Virus record (IMG/VR): IMGVR_UViG_3300017991_000048
Coordinates: 248,001 to 312,000 of that record
Direction: 5' to 3' (one strand)
DNA: 64,000 bases
Shown here: in pieces, positions 55,443-64,000 of the stretch
Layout of the letters: each line of letters opens with the position of its first letter
Numbering within the stretch: position 1 is the first letter of the stretch
The notes under the pieces: generated by a model
Databases searched by the model: none
The model's input: only the letters and a program-made list of their open reading frames with translations
Told to the model about the DNA's origin: nothing
Program-made: the position numbers and the translations under genes

Positions 55443-57720
55443 AAATTAAAATAGGTTCAAATCTGTCTTTTGCCTGCTTGCCAAAAGATGTTTTTAGCAT
55501 CCTCCAAGCAGCCTTTAATCGCATACCCTGATCCACAGCCACGTCCATCGTAATCTTCTCCAAAGGGATAACTTTACGTCCATCTTTAATGTCGGCTATA
55601 TTTACTGCAAAGACCGCACCGACCGACAGACAAGTCTTAACTTTGGCAAATAACGAGCAAAGAAAGTCTTCCACCCACTGATCTAGTGGCACAGGTGAGT
55701 TGCCTTCATACACTTCCTTCGTCCAATACGGAGGGGAAGTAAAAGCCATATCAGCTTTTACAAAACCATCTGGCATTGTTTGAATTTGGGACTCATACAG
55801 TTGAAAGCTGGAACGGTCTATCTCTAAAAACTCCGATAGTCTACTTCCCATACGCCAAAGAGCGTCCGTTGTAGTTTTCACAGGTTCCACCCCTACGTAT
55901 TTCCGTCCGATTACCAAAGTCCCAAGAAACCGTCCTCCCCACCCGGCACACGGATCTAAAACAATTCCGCCGGGTTGTGTATAAGCCTCTACCAAAGCTT
56001 TGGCTACAGCGGGGCGAAACTGTACGGGTGTCCGATTCAAAGAGGTTAGGACTGATCTTACCGCTGATCTTTTAAGGTTTGGTTTCTCCCCTTTCAAACA
56101 AAAACGTAATGCCTTTCGAAACCGATCATCATCATTAAAAGCACTTAAAGCCGAAAAATCCGAATCAACATTTCTCGCATTAAACCTATGCGGCATGTAC
56201 GCAGAGCAAAACCCCAAAGCAGCGTTCTCTACAGGCAAATCCTTGCCCTTGGGGGTATACCTTTTGACTGCCTCTACCCAACTTCCCAACCTTTTATCAG
56301 ACGGTGGCGCGGGGTAAGGGAACCCTAAAGTCCGATGGTATAAAAAAGCGGTATCCAAAAGCTCTTCTATCTCACCGTCGCTCATGTCTGACACAGAGGC
56401 TTTCGACAGTGACGAAACTTTCAGATGAGCGTCTTCTAAATTCGAGATTTGGATAAAATCTGAGACAGGGCGCGGTAACGAAACATTTACACGCCACCGA
56501 TCCCATTTTGACGGACTCCTGCTTACGGAAAACCCAAAGTCGGGCATCTCAGAAGCAGGCACCCTAAATGCCATTTCTAACGTTTGCGCTCTTTCGTCCA
56601 AACCTACAAAAAAATAAAAATCTGTCTTTGCGTGAGAGGACAAGGATCGAAAGAAAGTCCATCGCTTTCGTGATCTGTTCACTCTACGGAGCCGAACATT
56701 AACAGTCGCCCCGTCTGGATCTATAAAATCACAAAAAGCAAGCGGGTCATTTTCAGAGATGTGTTCAGATTGAGGGTACAAATGAGCGTAAATCAGTTCT
56801 CCTATACGCCCTAATATCAGACGCTCGTATTCAACTCGTACAACATCCTCTTTTATCTCCTGAGGCTTCCAAGCCTTCGCCGCGTCCAAAAAAGTGCAAA
56901 GTTTTCTATTAAGTACCTGTAACTCAGAATGACTCAGTTCATATATGCCTTCTGTATACTCACGGCTACCCGGATTCATTACTTTAAGTCGTGAAGGCAG
57001 TTCTTTTGATGGCATCAACCACGCACGTTCAATACAGGATCTATCCTCAGAAAAACCGACAAGAAATGTAGTATCGCTATCCGGTGTTAATTGAAACTTC
57101 CAAGTCTCTTTCTTTCCTGCTGTTTTAACACTAACTCTTCCGAAAGTACGGTGCTCTACGTCAAAATAAGCTTTGCCCCCGTATGTAGCAACGGCGTCAT
57201 GCGAATCCGGGTGCAAGTGCAAAAAGAGAAGTTCGCCCACTCTCCCCCACCATGTAGTGGAAAAAGGACGTAGCGTATCCAATTGATCGAGCCTACCACC
57301 TTCTCCGCTTCGGACTCTACGCCTACGACGCCTTTCTTGGCGTGACGAAACCTTTGCCCCTGGCTCTGGATTTTTACTAAAACAAGAATCGCAAAGCCGT
57401 CTGGTGTTCTTTTTGGACCGATCCTCAAAAGATTGACCGCACTTACAAACTTTATGGCGAGCTTTCTCACGGCAGGCATGACACCGAATATTTTTCTCGC
57501 CGGGACTCCGCTGGAACTTCTCTCCGCATGTTTGACATTTACGGATTCCAACATCAGGGGTCCGAAAGTAACTCTCATCTTTAGCTTTACCCGATCGAAA
57601 AGCTTTCTCTCTCCGAGCATGTTCGGTGCTGCAATACTTCGCACTGTTCTTCAGTGATGTATCTTGGAACGGCTGCCCACAGTGCCGGTAAGCGCATAAC
57701 TTATGACGACTCTTTCCCAT
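55426..57720 (-). CDS. Zn-finger + tandem nuclease-like domains + amino (N4-C/N6-A) DNA methyltransferase fusion
   Basis: N-terminal Cys clusters; two repeats GR(V/I)GEL...D...V(S/N)V(K/R)...W.F...F.VG; MTase motif I VLDPCAGWGGR and motif IV FTSPPY. Confidence 0.75.
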   Translation of the reverse strand: MGKSRHKLCAYRHCGQPFQDTSLKNSAKYCSTEHARREKAFRSGKAKDESYFRTPDVGIRKCQTCGEKFQRSPGEKNIRCHACREKARHKVCKCGQSFEDRSKKNTRRLCDSCFSKNPEPGAKVSSRQERRRRRRVRSGEGGRLDQLDTLRPFSTTWWGRVGELLFLHLHPDSHDAVATYGGKAYFDVEHRTFGRVSVKTAGKKETWKFQLTPDSDTTFLVGFSEDRSCIERAWLMPSKELPSRLKVMNPGSREYTEGIYELSHSELQVLNRKLCTFLDAAKAWKPQEIKEDVVRVEYERLILGRIGELIYAHLYPQSEHISENDPLAFCDFIDPDGATVNVRLRRVNRSRKRWTFFRSLSSHAKTDFYFFVGLDERAQTLEMAFRVPASEMPDFGFSVSRSPSKWDRWRVNVSLPRPVSDFIQISNLEDAHLKVSSLSKASVSDMSDGEIEELLDTAFLYHRTLGFPYPAPPSDKRLGSWVEAVKRYTPKGKDLPVENAALGFCSAYMPHRFNARNVDSDFSALSAFNDDDRFRKALRFCLKGEKPNLKRSAVRSVLTSLNRTPVQFRPAVAKALVEAYTQPGGIVLDPCAGWGGRFLGTLVIGRKYVGVEPVKTTTDALWRMGSRLSEFLEIDRSSFQLYESQIQTMPDGFVKADMAFTSPPYWTKEVYEGNSPVPLDQWVEDFLCSLFAKVKTCLSVGAVFAVNIADIKDGRKVIPLEKITMDVAVDQGMRLKAAWRMLKTSFGKQAKDRFEPILIFECEV

Positions 57721-57735
57721 AACCGTAGTTATAGG

Positions 57736-57764
57736 CTTTTAGCATTTACACAATGGGTTGTCAA
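57736..57764 (-). promoter_or_regulatory. Sigma70-type promoter of the methyltransferase fusion
   Basis: TTGACA (57764-57759), 17 nt, TG-n-TAAAAG (57741-57736); an alternative TATAAC lies 7 nt before the ATG. Confidence 0.55.
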
Positions 57765-57771
57765 GAAGAAC

Positions 57772-57803
57772 AAAAAGCCCGACCATGTGCAGGTCGGGCT
57801 TTT
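57772..57803 (-). terminator. Intrinsic terminator after the major capsid gene
   Basis: AAAAGCCCGACC-7-nt loop-GGTCGGGCTTTT with U-tract on the minus strand. Confidence 0.85.
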
Positions 57804-57833
57804 CGTAAGTGGCTGATTTTACTCAGCTACTCG

Positions 57834-58712
57834 CTAAACACGAGTGACAACAATACGGGTCAATCCGCGAGGATTGAAGGCACCGATACCCAGGTTCTCA
57901 AAACAACTGAAACCAATTGTCCGAGCCTTTGGATCGTCAGCCGACAGAACAGTGATCTCGGTACGAACCGGGATACGACCGAACTGCTCAGGCTCACAGC
58001 AAACATACGCGAAGCCTGACGGAACCAGCCTGGATGTGATGATCTGAGCACCCCAAAGAACAGCCTGTAGGCCGGTCTTGAGCAGGGTAGCCTGACTCTC
58101 GATATCCAGAATGTCACGTCCGAACTTACGGATGTCAGCGTAATCCGTTGCATTCATGTAGATCCGCGCAACCCGAAGGTCATGCCTCTCTATTTCTGCA
58201 AAGGCGTCAGCCAGTACTGCCGGTGAAATCGGAGCTACCACCGGTACATCGGGATTGGTCTGCCCAGGCAGCGTGTCGAAACCTGAAACAGCAATGCTGT
58301 CCAGAATCGCGAATACACGCTCATCCTCAGCCGCCTGAATCTGAGCCTTGGCCAAATCCTGGGCACGTTCGATCAGATCGAAACGACGCTCCTTGATCTG
58401 GGTCAGGGGGATTTCAGGGTTCGAGGCAATCTCAAACAAGGGGAAGATCACGCGACGTGGCTTCTGAATGGCAAGAATATTCTCACCCTCTTCGCCCACG
58501 ACAAATGCGGTCACGTCCGGGTCCTTGTCGTAGATAGGCAGAGCACCATCGGGAAGCTGCTCGACCAGGAAGGTCTTACGACCGACTGCCGAGTAGTCAC
58601 GACGAAGACGGAGCGGCTGAATCATGGAAGCGGCGAGCTTCGCACGACCGGCTGCGGTCTTGATGTACTCAGAAATAACCTGCTGCTTGACTTGATTTGA
58701 TACTTGTCCCAT
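57834..58712 (-). CDS. Major capsid protein (HK97-like fold)
   Basis: 292 aa after protease, scaffold and decoration genes, followed by a strong terminator; FEIASNPEI...IERAQDLAKAQIQAAEDERVF backbone-helix pattern; N-terminal YIKTAA. Confidence 0.8.
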   Translation of the reverse strand: MGQVSNQVKQQVISEYIKTAAGRAKLAASMIQPLRLRRDYSAVGRKTFLVEQLPDGALPIYDKDPDVTAFVVGEEGENILAIQKPRRVIFPLFEIASNPEIPLTQIKERRFDLIERAQDLAKAQIQAAEDERVFAILDSIAVSGFDTLPGQTNPDVPVVAPISPAVLADAFAEIERHDLRVARIYMNATDYADIRKFGRDILDIESQATLLKTGLQAVLWGAQIITSRLVPSGFAYVCCEPEQFGRIPVRTEITVLSADDPKARTIGFSCFENLGIGAFNPRGLTRIVVTRV

Positions 58713-58720
58713 GACTCCTC

Positions 58721-59359
58721 CTAGACCCTCATGTCAAGCACGAGCAGCGAACTGTTAGCATCTGGAGCAACTTTGACCACGCCGATCAGGGTCACGAACT
58801 CAATCGCATTTTGACCCGGAACATTGTACTCATAAGCGTCCGCGAGAACGTTGGTGACGTAGCCGTTGGCTGAACACCACAGCTTGTCCCCCGTTGCGTA
58901 TGTGATGGGAGTGCCAGCACTCTTGCCCAGTAGGATCTTTGTCTCGTAAATATCGAGTCCTACACAAGAGCCGCTGCCGCAAACATAGGGTCCGCGTCCC
59001 GAAGCCACACCCGGCGTATTCTCAAAGGGGTTGCCCAGGCTATCATTCAGAAAGATACCCAGAGGCAGATAACCAGGAGCATATGCAGCACCCGGCTGGA
59101 TAGGTCCACCGATATAGTTGTTGCCTATGTCGGGGCGAGTGAACGCAATCGAGGCACCAAGAACACCTTTCTTGGTAATACCTGAGAGCGTTGTAGAAAC
59201 GGTCGCGGCAGCGGTGACAATTGCGGGATTATCTTGCGTGAACGCATCCGGTGTCAGAAGACCCACAGAGTTGCGGGTCACGACATGGAGGAGTTGCACT
59301 CGTCCTGATGTCTCCCGAAAATCACCCGAACTTTGACCGCCGATAGCGTATGAAGTCAT
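58721..59359 (-). CDS. Putative capsid decoration/cement protein
   Basis: 212 aa, G/A/T-rich beta protein directly upstream of the major capsid gene; PLGIF...SG......G..V.L..YET. Confidence 0.55.
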   Translation of the reverse strand: MTSYAIGGQSSGDFRETSGRVQLLHVVTRNSVGLLTPDAFTQDNPAIVTAAATVSTTLSGITKKGVLGASIAFTRPDIGNNYIGGPIQPGAAYAPGYLPLGIFLNDSLGNPFENTPGVASGRGPYVCGSGSCVGLDIYETKILLGKSAGTPITYATGDKLWCSANGYVTNVLADAYEYNVPGQNAIEFVTLIGVVKVAPDANSSLLVLDMRV

Positions 59360-59384
59360 ATTATGACGTCTCCTTTTACAGGCG

Positions 59385-59450
59385 AAAAAATTAGGGTGCT
59401 TTACATTTGATCTGATCTAAGCACCCTAACGCCCAGAGAGACGTTAGGGT
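59385..59450 (-). promoter_or_regulatory. Overlapping terminator/antiterminator-like hairpins between scaffold and decoration genes
   Basis: Hairpin 1: 59450-59442 pairs with 59431-59423. Hairpin 2: 59429-59419 pairs with 59401-59391 and is followed by U6. They share 59423-59429. Confidence 0.55.
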
Positions 59451-59466
59451 GGGAAAATACCTTCGG

Positions 59467-60666
59467 CTACTTGATGCCGAAAACGTCGCGGACGTCAGGA
59501 GCCGACTTCCAAAGACTGGACAGTTGATCAATGCCGTCCTGACCAGCCGATGAAGAAGCGCCACCCAACTTGGACACGCCCTCAGAAGGACGGGTTCCAA
59601 CAGTCCGAGTCGAAGCTGTGCGGGTCGAAGCCTGCTTTTGCTGCTTCTGTTGCTGTTGGCCCTTCTCCTGATCCTGGCCTTCCTTCTCTTCGTCCTTGTC
59701 CTGCTGATCCTCAGCAAACAACTGACGCAGAACTGCATCCTCAGGACCAAGGTCGTTATTGGAGATGTCCATCTGAGGCGGCTCCATCTGGATATCCGTC
59801 TCAGCGGTCTGGCAACGGCCAAGCACGTCATCAAGATCCTCATCCATGACCACCTGCTCATCCATCACGTCCATAACCTGCTGACCCTGCTGTTGCTGCA
59901 ACGCCTGATCAATCATCTCCTGGACTTGCTGACCAACCTGCTGGATCTGCTCATCCTGAATCTGCTGTTGGGCCTGCTGTTGCTGGTCCTGTTGCTCCTG
60001 ATCCTGTTGGACCTGTTGCTGAACCTGATCCTGCTGAACCTGCTGTTGCTGCTGCTGTTGCTGGTCCTGCTGAGCCTGCTGGATCATCTCCTGAACCTGC
60101 TGTTGGGCAGCGCCATAGTTGCCGGTCTGAATCTGCTGAACTACCTGCTCAGCCATCGCCGTCATATCCACAGCCTGCTTTTCCTGGCCCTCATCCTTGT
60201 CCTCATCAGCATCTTCATCCTCACCGGCAAGACGCTTATGAGTGTCAATCAACTCCTGATCCGGAAGATGCATCAGAGCGACAGCCTGATCTTCGATCAT
60301 GTCCTCTGTCACAGATGCATGTTTGCCCTGATCAAGCAGCCTCTTGGCAACATCGATACAAAGATCCGCCTTCTTGAGCAGAATCTCTTTCGATGCTGTC
60401 TTTTCAGGATGGTTGAAAGTGTCACCCCTCATGTCAGGCATCCCGATCTCATTACGCCGGGTTTCTCCGCCTGAGTACTCAGACTCCCATGTGTTAGGTG
60501 AATGCACATCTTCAGCAAATGCCGAAGGGTCACCTATAACATAGGCGTCCGCAGGGGGTTGCGGATGGTCTTGGTTCATAGTGTAAGGATCTGCCACCTT
60601 CTTTAGAGCAGCAGCCTTTTCCATAACCTCTTCTCGATTCCAGGTAGAACGCTCACGCATTGGCAT
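59467..60666 (-). CDS. Capsid scaffold protein (Q/E/D-rich coiled coil)
   Basis: Located between protease and capsid genes; long poly-Q/QD stretches; many K/R-x-A motifs (KVA, KTAS, KHAS, KQA, KQASTRTAS). Confidence 0.7.
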   Translation of the reverse strand: MPMRERSTWNREEVMEKAAALKKVADPYTMNQDHPQPPADAYVIGDPSAFAEDVHSPNTWESEYSGGETRRNEIGMPDMRGDTFNHPEKTASKEILLKKADLCIDVAKRLLDQGKHASVTEDMIEDQAVALMHLPDQELIDTHKRLAGEDEDADEDKDEGQEKQAVDMTAMAEQVVQQIQTGNYGAAQQQVQEMIQQAQQDQQQQQQQQVQQDQVQQQVQQDQEQQDQQQQAQQQIQDEQIQQVGQQVQEMIDQALQQQQGQQVMDVMDEQVVMDEDLDDVLGRCQTAETDIQMEPPQMDISNNDLGPEDAVLRQLFAEDQQDKDEEKEGQDQEKGQQQQKQQKQASTRTASTRTVGTRPSEGVSKLGGASSSAGQDGIDQLSSLWKSAPDVRDVFGIK

Positions 60667-60710
60667 ATCCTTTGTGGGTTATTGTCCTTGTGGTTATATA
60701 GAAGGATTTT

Positions 60711-62219
60711 TTACGACCGTCCCAAGCTAAATAATCGGCCTTTTTCTAACAAACTGGCAGTTTCACTCCCTGTTAGCTTCCGACCAAGAACTTGACGACA
60801 AGCCGCCAAATATGACTCTACATCTTCATATGGGCCTGTTCCTCCTACATCAAGAACAGTCCTATAAACTCTTGTTTCACCAGCCATAAGTGCTTTCTTA
60901 TTCATTAAATCAAGCATTCGGGATACGGCCAAAATGTTCCGACCTGTAAATCCTGCCTTTTTAACTAATGGCCAACCACCACGCTTGTGTAAGATCAAGC
61001 CGTGAAAAACTTTCCTAGCATCTGCTTTTCCAATAAAAGAAACTACTAATTTAGCAATCCGCTGCCACTCAGGGTGCTTCATGGCGGATCGAATTAAAGT
61101 CTCATTTTGCTGATTAGGGTCTATAGCCCGGATGCTATCTACTTCTTTCTGACCGATTTCTTTTCTAATGTTTTCAATGGCTTGGTTACGCAGAGCATCT
61201 GTTAGATCAGTGATAGCTTTCTGAACCGGGTTCTCTTCTTCAGGTTCTGCTGGAGCCGTTTCTTCGCCTTCATCCTCAGTTTCAAACTGTTGTTCAGGCT
61301 CCTGTCCCTGTCCCTGGCTTTGCTCTTGCTGGCCCCATCCCTGGAAAGCCGCTCTGGACATCATGTTAGGATCAGCCACTGGAGCCGGTTGGCCCAAAGC
61401 TACTCGCATCTTACCTTCAAGCCCTTGAAGCTCTTCTGCCGTAAGAATATTTCTCAGAACAGCGCCCTTGAAAGCTGGATTGGCAACCCAAGATGCCTCG
61501 ATAAACTTTACGGAGTCAGGATCGGTATAATGGCCGCATAACTCCGCAATAATGCGTTCAACGCCAAGGTCATCCCTGAACTTGCTTCCTTTAAAGAACC
61601 GGACGCACTGACAGAGTTGTGCTTCATCCTGTGCTACATTTCCACACTTTGTACACGTTGTGGTAGCTGTAGAGCATCCCATGGATAGGGTGCCGAGCTT
61701 CCCGGTCTTGATAGCCCTAATCAGGGGCGCATGTTTAAGATCATTCGCAATCAGAATGTCAATGTATATGGATTCCCCGACATCCCTGGCAGCGGCGTCG
61801 ATAATCCGACCCTTAGAAAGCTCCGGAATCTGAACATGCTCAACGTAAGATTGCGCTCCGACAAAGGTCTTGAAACTTCCCAACAGGAGCCTTCGCTCGA
61901 AAGCATCGTTATTATTGTTAACGAACTGAGCGGTCTTGGGCGTAATGTAATAATCGCTATACTTACGATCAACCTCGAAACCCTCTACAAAATGCCGACC
62001 CATGGGAGCAGAAGCTTCGTCCACGTCCACGGAAGCCACAATCGTTGCGTGGCTGAGCATATATTTGGACGGGTCATACTCCTGAAGGATGATCCGGGCG
62101 GTCTTCTTCTGAAAATCCGGGGCAGGACTCAAGGCCCCACGACGCACAGCATCCCATTCCGCGAATTCAATTCCCGGTTTTTGTAAGGTTGCTTTTGCGT
62201 ATTTAAGAAATGCCATCAA
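60711..62219 (-). CDS. Putative prohead (maturation) protease, assemblin/HK97-like
   Basis: Candidate catalytic His (SYVEHVQ) and Ser (GTLSMGC), E.S.VANPAF strand, CxxC insert, position before the scaffold. Confidence 0.7.
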   Translation of the reverse strand: MMAFLKYAKATLQKPGIEFAEWDAVRRGALSPAPDFQKKTARIILQEYDPSKYMLSHATIVASVDVDEASAPMGRHFVEGFEVDRKYSDYYITPKTAQFVNNNNDAFERRLLLGSFKTFVGAQSYVEHVQIPELSKGRIIDAAARDVGESIYIDILIANDLKHAPLIRAIKTGKLGTLSMGCSTATTTCTKCGNVAQDEAQLCQCVRFFKGSKFRDDLGVERIIAELCGHYTDPDSVKFIEASWVANPAFKGAVLRNILTAEELQGLEGKMRVALGQPAPVADPNMMSRAAFQGWGQQEQSQGQGQEPEQQFETEDEGEETAPAEPEEENPVQKAITDLTDALRNQAIENIRKEIGQKEVDSIRAIDPNQQNETLIRSAMKHPEWQRIAKLVVSFIGKADARKVFHGLILHKRGGWPLVKKAGFTGRNILAVSRMLDLMNKKALMAGETRVYRTVLDVGGTGPYEDVESYLAACRQVLGRKLTGSETASLLEKGRLFSLGRS

Positions 62220-62225
62220 TCAGTC

Positions 62226-62471
62226 TCAGCGTTCAGCTTTCCTTATTAAATCAAGCATCTCATCAGTGCTTTCATAAAGAGCTTCCAGCTTTCCTTGTGT
62301 GTACGCCATTTGCCTCTTGTAGTCGCTTTTTGAAATGACCCCTGGTGTTCTAAGACGATCCTCTTGTCCCTCAATCTGTCTCTTCAAGACCTTAGAGTTC
62401 CACTCAAGTTTTCTTTTTATTTCTTCCAAAACAAGATGTTGATGAGCAGCGTAGCGGCGGTCATAAGTCAT
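62226..62471 (-). CDS. Small protein with MTYDRRYAA leader
   Basis: 81-aa ORF, AGGTG SD. Confidence 0.7.
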   Translation of the reverse strand: MTYDRRYAAHQHLVLEEIKRKLEWNSKVLKRQIEGQEDRLRTPGVISKSDYKRQMAYTQGKLEALYESTDEMLDLIRKAER

Positions 62472-62479
62472 AACATCAC

Positions 62480-62758
62480 CTAAAACTTCATACTCAACGT
62501 GCGTCCGATTTGATCTAATATCTTTGCCGTCTCTTTCGGGTCGTGGAAGCTCTTTATTCTGCGGACATTCTTAATCTCTATCCAGACAGCACGGTCGTTC
62601 TGAGACGGGCTAAACTCAATATCAAAGGCTCCCATACTGGCCTTACCCACCTGACGCCTTGGATCATACTTCACATTACGCCAACGTTTTTTGAGTTCAG
62701 CCGCAAACGCCGCACCCTCATCGCCCTGCTCAAAGCCGTAGCGTCGATCGTAGGTCAT
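62480..62758 (-). CDS. Small protein with MTYDRRYG leader
   Basis: 92-aa ORF. Confidence 0.7.
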   Translation of the reverse strand: MTYDRRYGFEQGDEGAAFAAELKKRWRNVKYDPRRQVGKASMGAFDIEFSPSQNDRAVWIEIKNVRRIKSFHDPKETAKILDQIGRTLSMKF

Positions 62759-62759
62759 A

Positions 62760-63488
62760 CTACCACCCTAGCGGCTCGCCCTGTGGGTTCAAAAAAGCGT
62801 CAGACTTGATAAGAAACAAATCCTGAGGACAGGCAAACAATCGAATTCGATTGCCCTCCGCCATCTTATACGTAGTCCGACGCATCTGTGCTCCGCACTT
62901 TGGGCAAGACGGTCTACCGGCTTTGATCTCATTCTGGGTCGCACGGTACTGACGATTCTGTGCAGCCCAGTATGCTGCGCTCTTTTCAGCATGTTGTTGG
63001 AGTCTGAGATCAGCCAGTCTTTCAGATACTCGATAGAACTTTTCGACTTCCGACCGTAAACTTTCATCAGAAACCCCAGAAGCTGCATAACGATGCCACA
63101 GCGCATCGTAAGCATGTACTTCGTTAGATCCCTGCTTCCAAAGTTTTGCCAGTTCGGTATAAAAACCGGCAGGCAAAGCGGTTCCTAACCACGGCGACTT
63201 TTCAGAGCCCCACCGTTTCCGATCCCTCTCGATATCGTAGCTCATGTACGATTGATCAAATTCAGGGGGCAGCCACATCGTGAGCTTAGGATTTACCTTA
63301 ACCACTTCATCGGGCGACATCCGTTCGTTACCGTAAGGCCACTGGACATCCAGGTTGCCCAACCCACGGTGAACCGCTGTCACACGACCTACAAACGGCG
63401 AAAGCGTATTGGCACTACTGCCGGGAGCAAACCGTTGAACGGTATCCCCGACATTATAGTCCTTAACGAGTTTCCAAAAGTCGATCAA
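62760..63488 (-). CDS. Hypothetical protein with C-terminal zinc ribbon
   Basis: CPKCG...LFACP; SH3-like N-terminal YNVGDTV. Confidence 0.7.
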   Translation of the reverse strand: MIDFWKLVKDYNVGDTVQRFAPGSSANTLSPFVGRVTAVHRGLGNLDVQWPYGNERMSPDEVVKVNPKLTMWLPPEFDQSYMSYDIERDRKRWGSEKSPWLGTALPAGFYTELAKLWKQGSNEVHAYDALWHRYAASGVSDESLRSEVEKFYRVSERLADLRLQQHAEKSAAYWAAQNRQYRATQNEIKAGRPSCPKCGAQMRRTTYKMAEGNRIRLFACPQDLFLIKSDAFLNPQGEPLGW

Positions 63489-63502
63489 TTTTTGACTCTA
63501 CT

Positions 63503-63964
63503 CTATGGGGCGAGCGGACGACCGTTCTCGGACTTCCCATGATGCACACCGGAAGAGTCGTCATTTCCGTATGCGCTCATGTACGGCTCATCGGCTTCCG
63601 TCTGAATCGGAGAGGACGGATTGCTGTATGTATTCATATACGGCTCATCCGCGTCTCGCTGAATCACCTCAGCCGTCTTGTCCGCCTTATCTTCATCCTC
63701 GTCAGCGGTCTTTTCAATAATCTGGGCCTGCCTGACGGTAAGAGAATCCTCACCATAAGCAGCCTGCTCCAGGTCATCAGCAACTCGATCAATTTCATTC
63801 ACGAGTTCCTTGGCATGATCAAAGTCCATACCCCATTTTTCGTGACCTTCTTGAACCGTGGATGCGATACGATCCAACCGGGCAAGAATTCGATCGGCGG
63901 TTTTGGTGTCAAACTCAACTTTTTCGGACATCTCATTCCTCGCTGTTTTTGCTGTGGTTAACAA
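63503..63964 (-). CDS. Acidic hypothetical protein with two ADEPYM repeats; may extend beyond the window
   Basis: Same frame is open from 64000 (RLAGEEDPQDETLLTTAKTA...); KTA motifs. Confidence 0.7.
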   Translation of the reverse strand: MLTTAKTARNEMSEKVEFDTKTADRILARLDRIASTVQEGHEKWGMDFDHAKELVNEIDRVADDLEQAAYGEDSLTVRQAQIIEKTADEDEDKADKTAEVIQRDADEPYMNTYSNPSSPIQTEADEPYMSAYGNDDSSGVHHGKSENGRPLAP

Positions 63965-64000
63965 AGTCTCGTCTTGAGGATCTTCCTCTCCTGCAAGCCG

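Noticed and set aside
57834-58712. Encapsulin rather than phage capsid, given the small size and targeting-peptide analogy
   Set aside because: The context of protease, scaffold, neck genes and contractile sheath indicates a true phage head.
59790-60160. CAG-rich trinucleotide repeat region
   Set aside because: Explained by the poly-Gln coiled coil of the scaffold protein.

Overview
This 64-kb window is the virion-morphogenesis region of a large, probably uncultivated, contractile-tailed (myovirus-like/jumbo) bacteriophage. Every credible gene lies on the minus strand, uses genetic code 11 and mostly has a GGAG/GAGG Shine-Dalgarno site. Read from right to left it holds a candidate prohead protease, Q-rich scaffold, decoration protein and 292-aa major capsid protein; a nuclease-like/DNA methyltransferase fusion with its own promoter; and a block of small accessory genes. 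These are followed by a uracil-DNA glycosylase broken by a clean 69-bp inversion, a 2267-aa Gly-X-Thr collagen-like fibre beside a glycosyl-, methyl- and sulfotransferase cluster, and minor fibre modules. Further on are a second accessory block, neck genes (one with a LAGLIDADG intein carrying an AP2-like insert), a free-standing endonuclease, an actin-like ATPase, a 1428-aa tail sheath and a CCA-adding enzyme. The most striking unexplained pattern is that about 25 otherwise unrelated proteins start with one of four short leader peptides (NPRKAFEEAL, Y[ST]YDRR, RVVxR[YF], MDxxRWK), most followed within a few residues by a K/R-x-A motif. These proteins include the CCA enzyme, an HD-type hydrolase and an HExxH protein. 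The same K/R-x-A motif recurs in the scaffold, capsid and protease. I infer a modular capsid-targeting and proteolytic-release system for virion cargo. No tRNA, rRNA, CRISPR array, terminase, portal, tail tube or baseplate gene was recognised. All family assignments come from motif recognition by eye, not database searches.
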